From positions 1 to 62,251 of IMG/VR virus record IMGVR_UViG_3300035661_000066: 62,251 nt of DNA. One strand, 5' to 3'. Under the pieces are notes generated by a model, which saw nothing but the letters and a program-made list of their open reading frames with translations, ran no database searches and was not told where the DNA came from. A program made the translations under genes and the position numbers. Each line of letters starts with the position of its first letter. The first letter of the stretch is position 1. This document shows positions 47,018 through 56,764 of this stretch, one piece after another. The DNA comes from a virus. Lineage: Duplodnaviria; Caudoviricetes.

Positions 47018-47826
47018 GCCAGCTGCGGAAGGTCATGCAAGCCGCCATCCAGGACCTGCTGGCCCATGGCTTCGACAGCGAGGCGCGCATGGAGCACTGG
47101 GTCAGCCAGCTAAGGACGGCCATCCGGGCGGACCTGGTGCCTGAGAGCCAGGTCAACGCCAAGCTCACGCGCCTGTTCGGGCAGCTCTTTGCCCAGCAGG
47201 TCGGTAAGGGGCGGGTGCTGAAGCTGCACCAGGGACTGAGCCGCTTCACGCTGGACCAGCTGGCCCCGCGGCTGCACCACGAGCTGGACCGGCGCATCCT
47301 GGCCAGCGCCAACCTGATCAAGCTCAACCGGGCTCGAATGATGGAGGAGACGGTCCAGCGCTTCGCCGGCTGGTCCACCTCCATCCCACCCGGAGGCACC
47401 CGCGCCATCAAGCTCAAGGACGTGACACCTAACTTGTTGAAACCGTTCAACAAATTGCCCTTCGAGGAGCGCCGGGTGCACATTGATCAGGGGCACAAGC
47501 TGATCAGCGACATCAACGACATCATCGCCAGCGACAAGGGGGCCATCGCGCAAGTTTGGCACTCCCATTGGCGCCGACCGGGTTATAATTACCGCGTCGA
47601 CCACAAGGAGCGTGACGGCCTGGTGTACCTGATTCGGGGGAGTTGGGCGCACCAGGAGGGCTTGGTCAAGGCAGGGCAGGCAGGTTACAGCGACCAGGTA
47701 ACCAAGCCGGCAGAGGAGGTTTTCTGCTCGTGCTACGTCAGCTACATCTACAACCTCCGCGACCTCCCGGCGGATATGTTGACAGCGAAGGGGCGCGCCA
47801 AGCTCCAGGAGGTCAAAGCGCGCTAA
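47014..47826 (+). CDS. Head morphogenesis protein (SPP1 gp7-like)
   Basis: DQGHK, R.DHKERDG, PAEEVFCSC. Confidence 0.8.
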   Translation: MSQLRKVMQAAIQDLLAHGFDSEARMEHWVSQLRTAIRADLVPESQVNAKLTRLFGQLFAQQVGKGRVLKLHQGLSRFTLDQLAPRLHHELDRRILASANLIKLNRARMMEETVQRFAGWSTSIPPGGTRAIKLKDVTPNLLKPFNKLPFEERRVHIDQGHKLISDINDIIASDKGAIAQVWHSHWRRPGYNYRVDHKERDGLVYLIRGSWAHQEGLVKAGQAGYSDQVTKPAEEVFCSCYVSYIYNLRDLPADMLTAKGRAKLQEVKAR

Positions 47827-47872
47827 GCAGCACCTACAACTTAACCGATCAACCGCATAAAAGGTCCCAGTT

Positions 47873-48343
47873 ATGCCGATCCCAAATGACCCGTCCAACC
47901 CGGCGTCAGCCGTGCCCGTGTACCTGGCACAAGGCGGCGCCGTGGTCTCCCCGGTGAACCCCTTACCCGTGAGCGGTGGCAACAGCACGCCGCCCGTGGT
48001 GCAGACGTTTACCCTCCTTACCACCAACACCCCGGGCACCGCTGGCACGCCCGTCACGATCACTGAGATTGGCAAGTCCTTCTCGGTGGTGGGTGCGCCG
48101 ACTGGCGCCACCCCAGTGACCGCGACCATTGCCATCAAGTGGGCACCGAACGGCAACCAGTCAACTGGTGGCACCACCATTGGCACGCTGACGCTGCCCT
48201 CAACCAGCCAGATCCCGGGCTCCAACACCAACGTGGACTACTCCCAGTTCCTGCAGTACGCAGGCGGCATCACCTGGGCCGTCGCCACGGCAGTCGCCAA
48301 TGGCTCCGTGACCGTGACCTGCGCTGCTGTCACCACCTACTAG
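47873..48343 (+). CDS. Thr/Pro-rich putative virion protein
   Basis: 156 aa, beta-rich composition. Confidence 0.65.
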   Translation: MPIPNDPSNPASAVPVYLAQGGAVVSPVNPLPVSGGNSTPPVVQTFTLLTTNTPGTAGTPVTITEIGKSFSVVGAPTGATPVTATIAIKWAPNGNQSTGGTTIGTLTLPSTSQIPGSNTNVDYSQFLQYAGGITWAVATAVANGSVTVTCAAVTTY

Positions 48344-48352
48344 GAGCTGGCT

Positions 48353-51300
48353 ATGTCGAACTTTGATCCGCGTACCTACGCGAATGGCATTACCTACACG
48401 GGTCGCCAGACTGTCATTGCCTCTGGCCAGCCATTTACCACCTTTGCTGCTATGGATGCCTGGAGCCAAACCCACGCCTCCGAGCTGCTGAACAACCCAG
48501 TCTTCGTGACCTTGGCCACGGTTACCGCGGACCCGGATACCACGAAGATAGGAACCTACGAGTGGGCCGGCCCGGATCTGACCTACACAGCCGGCGGCTG
48601 GGTGTTCTTCACCGGGCTTGACGCTAGCGATATCAAGCGGCTGTATGAGTCGAACCCGAACACCAATGCCTTCACCAACCCGGACAACGCGACCGTCGGC
48701 AGCGTGCAGGCGCTGGCAGCTGGGGTAATCCCGCAGGCGAGCAGCGGCGCCCTCACCCCGTCAGGGCTGACCCGCACCCCAGGTGGCCAGATGCTCGGGG
48801 CCTCGATGGACATGATCACGTCTGACATTCCCATGCAGCTGCCTGACGGCGGTGCCTTGCAGGTGGGGAACTGGGACTTCAGCAACGGTGGCTCCATCAT
48901 CATTTCGACTGAGCTAGCATCTGGCCGAAAGTTCTACCCGGTAGGCTACGAGCTGACCAGCAGCGGGGCTTCCACCGCGTGGCGTGAGAAGTTTGGCCCA
49001 TTCACCACGGCGCCATCCCCGGTAGCGGCCACGCAGGTCTTCAGCGGCCAGACGCTGCAGTTCAGCATCACCTCCACGGACCGCGGGAACCGCAACCGCT
49101 ACACGTTCAAGGTGGCACCGAACGCCACCGCGGCCACCAGCTGCAACCTGCAGGTCCGTGTGACCTCGTTCACCCACGACCCGCCCATCTTCGACTACAT
49201 GCGATCCACCGGCGGGGTAGGCTTTGACATCCCGGCGAACCCGACTGGGAGCCCAGTTAACCTACAAGTTAACCTGCCCGTGCCAGCCTTCTTCACCGAC
49301 GGCCAGGTGCTGTTCGTTACCCTGACCGCTGGGACGGGAACGCTGTCCTTGATGGGTGACGTGCTGGCTGGGCAGAACGTGCCCTACTTCGAGATCTTCG
49401 GCCAGCAGTCGGTGCTGACGACCATCGCAGACCTGGCTGACATACCAGCAGCGCAGGTACAGGCCGATTGGACGCAGGCAAACAACGCGCTGCCAAGTTT
49501 TATCCAGCACAAGCCCACGGCCTTGTCTGCGTTTACCAACGACAGCGTGGTGGGCAGCATCCAAGCTGGGACCAACGTGACGGTGGACACCACCAACCCG
49601 CGCAGCCCGATCATTAGCGCAACTGGCGGCGGCTCCACGCTGGCCATCCGCTTCTTCACCGACGCCAGCAGCACCTTGACCGCGTCCGCTGTCAAAGCGG
49701 CCTTGCCCACGGCCAACACAGTCAATACTTGGGACGCCAGCCAGCTCAACACGTTGACCACGGACTTTACCTCGGTGTCAGGCGCCCGCTTTGTCTGGTT
49801 CGCCATCCCCTCAGCAGAGCAGATCACCACGCTAGGCATCTCGTCAGATGGTGGCACGATCTTCACCGGGTTGGGGCCGGCGTTTAAGTTTGCCATCGAC
49901 TACAGCGGCGTGAACTTCAACGTCTACTGCACAACCAGCTCATTCAACTTCCCAGTTGGCCCCTACCGCATTCGGTTCACGACGGCGCAGTTCGTCGGTA
50001 CAGGCGGCCTGACCTACGTGTCCACGCCAGCGTCCCAAGAGCTGACCATCGGCACGGGTGATAGCCGCACCATCACGAAGTCTGGCTTGACGCTTGTCGG
50101 GGGCAAGGTGCCATCTACGTTCGTTGGCGTGAACCTGCAAGCCTTCACGGGCCAGGTGGACCTTAAGACGCAAGCGAACTGGCAGCAGTACCGGTTCCAG
50201 CGCCTGCAGTTCTCGGGCAGCGACGGTGCCTTGCGCGGGATCTATACCCTGCCGGACATCAGCGCGGGGTCGTCGTGGCTCAACGTCGGTGACTGGGTCG
50301 AGGTCATCAACATCGGACCCGGCAACTACAACTGCCAGATCGCGACATACAACGTCAGCCAGGGCTTTACCGGGGCGCTTAGCTCCGGCGGCAACATCCT
50401 GCTTGGCGTCAGCACGACGCGGGTGTATCGCTTCACCTACACCGGCAACGCTACCAACTGGAACGTGACGCAACTCACGGTAAGCGGCCTTGGTGGCCCG
50501 GCCGAGAGCAACACGCCGCCGTGGGAAAACCCGCTGCCGTCGCAGAACTACTGGCTGCCGAAGCCGATCGGCCAGGGGTTGATCACCCCGTACGACGTGT
50601 GGCTGACTGGCGGCCCGTGCGTCGTGAACGTGCCGTTCGTGGATGTGGGGAATGGCGTCATCCCGTCCAGCCCCGCCAGCGCGGTTAAGTGGACGTTCAA
50701 CGACAACGTCGGGGCATGTGTGTTCTACCGCCAGCACTCGGGTGACCAGAACTTCCCGTACGTCGTGATTGATCAATATGGCCTGACGGTGGACGACACG
50801 GCGGCGCTGGCCTACCTGACTGGGGTGGTGGCGGTGCCAGGCTACCAAGGGCAGGTGCAAGCGCCAGGCGTCAGCTACAACGTGCTGGCCATCCGCTCCA
50901 TTGCACCTGGCATCACGTCCGAGGTCTGGCTGGACCAGGCCACATCCACGACGAACTTGGTTGTAGGCGGCTACCTGATCATTCAAGGCGCTGCCTTTAG
51001 CGGCAACAACGGGTTGTTCCAGATTGAGGCGCTTGGTGTGGACAGCGGGTTCCTGAAGGTGCAGTACGTCAACCCGAGCTCCGACCCAGCCATCGATGAG
51101 GGCGACGGCACGACCGCCATTTGCCAAACCGGCGTGCAGCTGTTCTGGACCACCGTGGCAGATCAGGTGACATCCAGCAGCGTGGCCATCGGGATGCAGT
51201 ACTACATCGACAGCGGCCGAACCACGCTGTACAGCGGCATCAACACCAGTGCGATCAACACGTGGCTCAGCTATACCTACACGACCGTGCAGGCGGGTGC

Positions 51301-52111
51301 GGGCAACGCGTACGTCAGCGGGCAGCTGCAGGCCGCACAAACCTACCTGGGCAGCAAGCCATGGGCGCAGTCGGCAGCCCCAGCCACGTTGGGGGACGCG
51401 CCGTACTACGACCCGGTTAACGGCGTGTGGGCCGTGGGTGCACCCAGGGTTGGTGGCCTGCCGGTACCACAAAGCACCTTGGCTTCCCCAGCCGATGACT
51501 GGAAGGTGCTGACGTACTTCAACGGGCTGCTGACGATGGGCTACCCGACGATCAAGGGCGCCCCAATCAGCGTAGACGGCATCATCGACCAGGACACGCT
51601 GGAGTACAACGCCGGCACGGGTACCTGGTACCGCAACACGGCGCGGGGTTCGGTATTTGCTCAGTACTCCAGCGCTGGCTTTAGCGTACCAGATTCTACG
51701 GATACGCTTGTTATCTATGACACTGCCGACGAGCTGTATAACTTCAACGCGGCTGCCACCGGCATTGCGTACTCGCCCTACACGTATGGCTTCTACAACA
51801 ACACCCAGCAACGAATCACCATCACCGTTTCCTACCTGATCAGCTACGAAACCAACTCAGCTGGGCATCGATTTGGCTGGATCAGCTTCAATGGCTCAGG
51901 TGCGGAACGGCTGGCATACAGCACGATCAATGCCTGCTCCGGTGACATCACGACCGTAGCCGGGAGCGCGACCATGACCCTAGGCGTGGGTCAGTACTTC
52001 CAAGTCTATACCTGGCAGACCAGCGGCACCACCTTGACCGCTAACGCGGGTGGCGCTGGTGGGCTCTCTGCCGGGTACGGTGGCAACATCCAGATCACGA
52101 GGATCAAATAA
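48353..52111 (+). CDS. Large multidomain fibre/appendage protein
   Basis: 1252 aa, Thr/Gly/Ser-rich; QADWTQ..FIQHKP motif; C1q/BclA-like C-terminus. Confidence 0.7.
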   Translation: MSNFDPRTYANGITYTGRQTVIASGQPFTTFAAMDAWSQTHASELLNNPVFVTLATVTADPDTTKIGTYEWAGPDLTYTAGGWVFFTGLDASDIKRLYESNPNTNAFTNPDNATVGSVQALAAGVIPQASSGALTPSGLTRTPGGQMLGASMDMITSDIPMQLPDGGALQVGNWDFSNGGSIIISTELASGRKFYPVGYELTSSGASTAWREKFGPFTTAPSPVAATQVFSGQTLQFSITSTDRGNRNRYTFKVAPNATAATSCNLQVRVTSFTHDPPIFDYMRSTGGVGFDIPANPTGSPVNLQVNLPVPAFFTDGQVLFVTLTAGTGTLSLMGDVLAGQNVPYFEIFGQQSVLTTIADLADIPAAQVQADWTQANNALPSFIQHKPTALSAFTNDSVVGSIQAGTNVTVDTTNPRSPIISATGGGSTLAIRFFTDASSTLTASAVKAALPTANTVNTWDASQLNTLTTDFTSVSGARFVWFAIPSAEQITTLGISSDGGTIFTGLGPAFKFAIDYSGVNFNVYCTTSSFNFPVGPYRIRFTTAQFVGTGGLTYVSTPASQELTIGTGDSRTITKSGLTLVGGKVPSTFVGVNLQAFTGQVDLKTQANWQQYRFQRLQFSGSDGALRGIYTLPDISAGSSWLNVGDWVEVINIGPGNYNCQIATYNVSQGFTGALSSGGNILLGVSTTRVYRFTYTGNATNWNVTQLTVSGLGGPAESNTPPWENPLPSQNYWLPKPIGQGLITPYDVWLTGGPCVVNVPFVDVGNGVIPSSPASAVKWTFNDNVGACVFYRQHSGDQNFPYVVIDQYGLTVDDTAALAYLTGVVAVPGYQGQVQAPGVSYNVLAIRSIAPGITSEVWLDQATSTTNLVVGGYLIIQGAAFSGNNGLFQIEALGVDSGFLKVQYVNPSSDPAIDEGDGTTAICQTGVQLFWTTVADQVTSSSVAIGMQYYIDSGRTTLYSGINTSAINTWLSYTYTTVQAGAGNAYVSGQLQAAQTYLGSKPWAQSAAPATLGDAPYYDPVNGVWAVGAPRVGGLPVPQSTLASPADDWKVLTYFNGLLTMGYPTIKGAPISVDGIIDQDTLEYNAGTGTWYRNTARGSVFAQYSSAGFSVPDSTDTLVIYDTADELYNFNAAATGIAYSPYTYGFYNNTQQRITITVSYLISYETNSAGHRFGWISFNGSGAERLAYSTINACSGDITTVAGSATMTLGVGQYFQVYTWQTSGTTLTANAGGAGGLSAGYGGNIQITRIK

Positions 52112-52725
52112 TGACGACCATCAAATACGCGGCGATCACCACGGACAACAACTCCGTGGGGCTTGTGTCGTACTACAACACAGCTGCCGGGCCATTCACC
52201 GACTTCCAGGCTGCCTACCACGCAACCAACCCCAACCAGCAGCTGGTCGACATCGGCCAGTCCAAGTTCCCTGAGGGCCAGGGTTGGTCGGAAACCGTTG
52301 TTGCTTCTCAAGGTTCCGGTGTCAAGCAGTATCGGCCAAAGGGGAACATCTTCCAGACCATCGACACTGTTCGAACAAAGGTGGTCCAGCTAGTCATCAA
52401 CAAGATGCCGTACTTCGAGTACTCGGGAACCGTGACGTTCAAGGGTAAAACATTTGCGCGTGACCATGAGACCCGTGACGACATTGTGCTGCTGGCGAAT
52501 ACCGTGTCCATCTCCAACTCATTTGCCACCGAGTTGCTGCCCTTGCGCGTGCTGGCGGATGACAACACCGAGGTCAGCATCGACACCATCCATGAGGCGC
52601 AAGACTTCGCGCTGTCGATGCTGTCCCCACTTAAGGGGGTCTACGCAGCTGAGGCCGACCAGGTAGCCGCTATCATGGCTATGACCACCATTACGCAACT
52701 GGTCCAGTACATCGACCCACGCTAA
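52111..52725 (+). CDS. Fibre-associated protein (DUF4376-like), paralogue 1
   Basis: Ends AMTTITQLVQYIDPR; ADDNTEV motif. Confidence 0.65.
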   Translation: MTTIKYAAITTDNNSVGLVSYYNTAAGPFTDFQAAYHATNPNQQLVDIGQSKFPEGQGWSETVVASQGSGVKQYRPKGNIFQTIDTVRTKVVQLVINKMPYFEYSGTVTFKGKTFARDHETRDDIVLLANTVSISNSFATELLPLRVLADDNTEVSIDTIHEAQDFALSMLSPLKGVYAAEADQVAAIMAMTTITQLVQYIDPR

Positions 52726-52736
52726 GGAGAGGCACC

Positions 52737-53333
52737 ATGACCAAGTACGCAGTTGTTTCAACCGACGGGACGAATCTCGCCATTGGCGCCGGGATCTACA
52801 CGGGCACTAGCTTCAGCGACTTCGCCAGTGGGTACGCCGACGCCCACCCGAACCAGCTTCCCATCGACATCGGGACCAGCCTCTTTCCGGCTGGTCAGGG
52901 CTGGATGCAAAGCACCGATACCAACGGGCGCGTGACCTGGGCGCCGCCCGGGAACCAACCCTACACCATGGCCCAGGTCCGGGCGGGTCTGCTGGCCAGC
53001 ATCATCGCCAAGACCCAGCAGCTCCTGAACAACGGGACGATCACTTACAATAGTCACCCGTTCCCGACGGACGCTGGCTCCCGGGCTGAGTTCGGGGTGC
53101 TGGCAGCGCTGGTGGGCACTAGCTCCACCGCAGCTTCAGCGCTGCTCCCCTATGCCATCACGTCACTAGATGGCACGGAGATGAGCTTGGCCACCACCGA
53201 CGAAGCGATGGCCTTTGCGGTGCCACTGGCGGCCCTGGCCAAGACCTACGACGCCGCGGAGGACGTGCAGGTGGCTGCAGTAACGGCCATGACCACCATC
53301 AACCAGCTGGTGAGCTACATCGACCCACGGTGA
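52737..53333 (+). CDS. Fibre-associated protein (DUF4376-like), paralogue 2
   Basis: Ends AMTTINQLVSYIDPR. Confidence 0.65.
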   Translation: MTKYAVVSTDGTNLAIGAGIYTGTSFSDFASGYADAHPNQLPIDIGTSLFPAGQGWMQSTDTNGRVTWAPPGNQPYTMAQVRAGLLASIIAKTQQLLNNGTITYNSHPFPTDAGSRAEFGVLAALVGTSSTAASALLPYAITSLDGTEMSLATTDEAMAFAVPLAALAKTYDAAEDVQVAAVTAMTTINQLVSYIDPR

Positions 53334-53358
53334 TTTGGTGCCAGAGGGACGTGGTACA

Positions 53359-53397
53359 ATAAAGCCGGCCGGGTATGTTTGCCGGCTTTATCTTTTC
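53359..53397 (+). terminator. Probable intrinsic terminator
   Basis: ATAAAGCCGGC...GCCGGCTTTAT followed by CTTTT. Confidence 0.65.
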
Positions 53398-53414
53398 AAT
53401 CAAAGGAGTACGGC

Positions 53415-53687
53415 ATGAATATCTCCATGACGTCGAACGTGACCAACGCGGCGATCATCAAGGGGCAGGGCACCGTCATGAGCCTGGTGGTGGGGGTGCC
53501 CGGCACCGCCAGCCAGGTGGCCATCTACGACGGGTTGTCGCCGGTGGGCCAGCCGATGATCACGCTCAACACCACCAGCCAGCTGGCCATCACCAACTGG
53601 GACCTGCGCTTCACCACGGGGCTGACAATTGTGACGGCTGGCACGGCACCGGCCAACCTGTTGGTGATCGCCCACAAGGGGTTCTGA
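53415..53687 (+). CDS. Small beta-rich putative virion protein
   Basis: RBS AAGGAG; resembles 60305-60664. Confidence 0.65.
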   Translation: MNISMTSNVTNAAIIKGQGTVMSLVVGVPGTASQVAIYDGLSPVGQPMITLNTTSQLAITNWDLRFTTGLTIVTAGTAPANLLVIAHKGF

Positions 53688-53689
53688 TC

Positions 53690-54076
53690 ATGAGCGCGAC
53701 CACGGACTGGACACAGGCAGCAGGTATCTGCTTTGTGGCTGACGGCAAGGTGCTGCTGATGCGACGCGGCAACGGTGGCGACCACCCGCTGGAGTGGGCC
53801 TTCCCTGGTGGTCACCACGAGCCAGGTGAGACCATCGAGGAGACTGCTCGGAGGGAGGCATTTGAGGAGACTGGGTTCCGTTATGAGGGCCCGCTGCAGC
53901 TGATCAGCCGCACCCGCATCGAGAGCACGGAGTTCACGACGTACCTGGCCCACGTGCAGCCGTTCCCGGTGGTGATGTGCCCCGAAAGCATCGATTACCG
54001 GTGGGTGGCACTGGAGGAGGTGCTGGACATGGCAAGGGCACAGCTGCCGACGGACCCAGAAGCGCTAGCTGGTTAA
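53690..54076 (+). CDS. NUDIX hydrolase
   Basis: Nudix box GGHHEPGETIEETARREAFEETG. Confidence 0.92.
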   Translation: MSATTDWTQAAGICFVADGKVLLMRRGNGGDHPLEWAFPGGHHEPGETIEETARREAFEETGFRYEGPLQLISRTRIESTEFTTYLAHVQPFPVVMCPESIDYRWVALEEVLDMARAQLPTDPEALAG

Positions 54077-54164
54077 ACAGGAAGGCATCAGGAAACTTAC
54101 GGAATAAGTTAGGGCCAATGTATCTACACCCTACCTGAACTCAAGTTTCCTGCGCGTTTTAGGT

Positions 54165-54304
54165 TGCTACACATTTTGCTACAGCTTCACATTTTTCCTC
54201 TATTTCTCTTATCCCTCTCTGTAGTCTCAGTATATTTTACTTACACTACCGTTAGCCGACCAACAATATAGAGAAAATGTGAAGCTGTAGCAAAATGTGT
54301 AGCA
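54165..54304. repeat. Inverted-repeat element, copy 2 (31-bp perfect arms)
   Basis: Arms 54165-54195 and 54274-54304; same orientation as copy 1. Confidence 0.95.
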
Positions 54305-54331
54305 GTGAGATTAACTTGCAGAGGTCAATAA

Positions 54332-55870
54332 ATGGACAATTTCACCCTCCATCCGGGGCTGGTCCGCTGCGTGCTGGGGCCAAAATTTGCCCAGTCCACG
54401 TTGGGCCCCAACGTGACGGAGCTGGAGGTGGCCCAAGCCATCAGGGATGGCAAGTTGCCGTCTCCCCAACGGTTCCACAACGTCTGGCTCTTTAACCTGC
54501 GCATCACTGGCACGGGCACCGCCTATCGCCGGGCACTTGATGAGTTCGTCTATCGGCCACCGGAGAACTACCTGACTGATGAGTTCCTAGCTCGGTGCAA
54601 TGGGCTGACCGTCATCGTGGAGCATCCAGAGGAGAACTTGCTCAACAGTGAGCAATTCAAAAAACGCAACATCGGGGCTATAATGCTGCCGTACATCTCA
54701 GGTGACGAGGTGTGGGGCATCAGCCGGGTCTATGATGACGAAGCTGCTGAAATTATGGCCAAACACCAACTTTCTACGTCGCCCAGTGTCTACTTCACCA
54801 ACACCGATGACAACACTAAGCTTGACCTGGCTGACGGACGGTCGATCCTGATTGAAGGGAAGCCCGGGCTTCTTGACCACCTGGCAGTCTGCCTCCAGGG
54901 GGTTTGGGACAAGGGTGGCCCTCCAACCGGTGTCGATTCCGCCCACGCCAGCAGTGGCCAGGTGGACCAAGCGGGGGAGCTCCCCCAGTCTGAACGTACT
55001 ACATACGCATTGAAGGACAGTGCCATGCCAACTGAAAATGAGTCCAAGAAGGACAATCTGGAAGAAGTTGCCCGCAAGGACAGCGGCGATGGTGAGAGCT
55101 GGATGAAGCACCTGGAGAAGATCTCCTCGGCTTTTGAATCCCTCGCCAACCGCATTACCAAGCTGGAGGACGAACGCACCCGCGCCGATTCCGCCAAGAA
55201 GGATGAGGGCTCGATGCCGGGTGAAGCTCTACCGACCGCCGCCTCGATGGACGCCGACAAGGCCAAGAAGGACACCGAGGAGGGCAAAACCATGGCTGAC
55301 AAGGCTAAGAAGGATGCCGAGAAGGCGGCCGAGGAGGAAGCCAAGGCTAAGAAGGACGCTGAGGAAGAAGCCAAGCGCAAGGAAGAGGAGGAGGAGAAGG
55401 CTCGCAAGGACGCTGATGAGCGCATCGCTCGTCTCGAGTCCGCGGTGACCCACATCCCGAAGTCTTGCTTCGATGATGACTACAGCGAGATGGCCAAGCA
55501 CCAGGCGAAAGCTGATAGCGTGTACGCCGCCTTCGGAGACTCGGCCCCGGGTCCGCTGCGTGGTGAGACGCTGCAAGCCTACCGCACGCGACTGGCTAGC
55601 GGCCTGAAGAACCACAGCGAGGCCTGGAAGGGCGTCGACCTGTCCCGAGTGGACAGCTCGGTGCTGAGCATCGCTGAGGAGCAGATCTACGCGGATGCCG
55701 CCAAGTCGGCCATGAACCCGACGGATATTCCGGAGGACATGCTGATTGAGCGCACCCGCAAGGATGAGACCGGCCGCGTCATCAAGACCTTTATCGGCAA
55801 GCCGAGCGCCTGGACCAATCAATTCAAGGCGCCGCGCATGATTCAGCGCCAAATCAACAAGGGGGCCTAA
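54332..55870 (+). CDS. Prohead protease-scaffold (DUF2213-like)
   Basis: EHP, STSP, DHLAVC..GVWD; charged KKD-repeat C-terminal half; upstream of capsid genes. Confidence 0.85.
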   Translation: MDNFTLHPGLVRCVLGPKFAQSTLGPNVTELEVAQAIRDGKLPSPQRFHNVWLFNLRITGTGTAYRRALDEFVYRPPENYLTDEFLARCNGLTVIVEHPEENLLNSEQFKKRNIGAIMLPYISGDEVWGISRVYDDEAAEIMAKHQLSTSPSVYFTNTDDNTKLDLADGRSILIEGKPGLLDHLAVCLQGVWDKGGPPTGVDSAHASSGQVDQAGELPQSERTTYALKDSAMPTENESKKDNLEEVARKDSGDGESWMKHLEKISSAFESLANRITKLEDERTRADSAKKDEGSMPGEALPTAASMDADKAKKDTEEGKTMADKAKKDAEKAAEEEAKAKKDAEEEAKRKEEEEEKARKDADERIARLESAVTHIPKSCFDDDYSEMAKHQAKADSVYAAFGDSAPGPLRGETLQAYRTRLASGLKNHSEAWKGVDLSRVDSSVLSIAEEQIYADAAKSAMNPTDIPEDMLIERTRKDETGRVIKTFIGKPSAWTNQFKAPRMIQRQINKGA

Positions 55871-55873
55871 ACC

Positions 55874-56749
55874 ATGGCTAGCAACATCTCCTTCAACCCG
55901 TATCTCACCACCAACGGGGCTGGTAGCTTCTCGGTTCAGTCCGATGGCTACGTCCAAGGCTCGGCGCTGGATGATCCGACCATCCGCAACCGCCTGGCTG
56001 GTGGCTGGCTGAACAGCACCGAAACCCTGCCGATGTGGGGTGGCATCGCCATCTACGAGAACGTCCCACCGGCTGGCTACGACGGCACCTATGGGGGCCC
56101 GGTAGGTCGCGCCACCAGCCTGGCTAACCTGACCGGCTTCTCGGTGTTGAACCAGGCCCATAACTGGGTGACCTCGCCGCAGTCGCAGGCTCCGTCGGCT
56201 GGTTCCGGCATGACCGTGCCGTTCTACCGCATGGGCTCGGGTGCCCGTATCGTGGTCGGTTGCGACGCGAGCCTGATCGCGGCTGTCCAGGGTGGCCTGA
56301 TCACCCAGAACGTGTCCTGGGACTTCAACAACCAGGTGCTGCAGGCCTACAACTCGACCGCCACCGTGGCCCTGACCAGCATGACCGCTACCTACGCCAA
56401 CGGCGTGTACACCATCGCTTGCGTGGCCTCGGCTGCTACCTTGGTGGGTGCGGTCGGTGACTACATCACCATCTCCGGGGCGACCAACGCCGGTACCGGT
56501 GGTAATGCCCTGGTCAACGGCAACTTCCAGGTGACTGCGTTCACCAACAGCCAGAACTTCAGCTTCCAGGTCGTCGCGGCTTCCGGCGCCATTGGCGTCA
56601 TTGCCGGTTCCCCGGTGCTGAACGAAGGTACTGGTGCCCTGCCGGTGAAGATCCTCGGGGTCAACACCAACAGCAAGGTGATCAAGTACGACCCGATCAA
56701 CAACTACGTGAACTGGACCGTCGGCAATGCGGCCCTGATCCAGATCTAA
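55874..56749 (+). CDS. Capsid decoration / minor capsid protein
   Basis: Between protease and major capsid; PMWGGIAIYE. Confidence 0.7.
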   Translation: MASNISFNPYLTTNGAGSFSVQSDGYVQGSALDDPTIRNRLAGGWLNSTETLPMWGGIAIYENVPPAGYDGTYGGPVGRATSLANLTGFSVLNQAHNWVTSPQSQAPSAGSGMTVPFYRMGSGARIVVGCDASLIAAVQGGLITQNVSWDFNNQVLQAYNSTATVALTSMTATYANGVYTIACVASAATLVGAVGDYITISGATNAGTGGNALVNGNFQVTAFTNSQNFSFQVVAASGAIGVIAGSPVLNEGTGALPVKILGVNTNSKVIKYDPINNYVNWTVGNAALIQI

Positions 56750-56764
56750 CAAGGACCGCGAACT

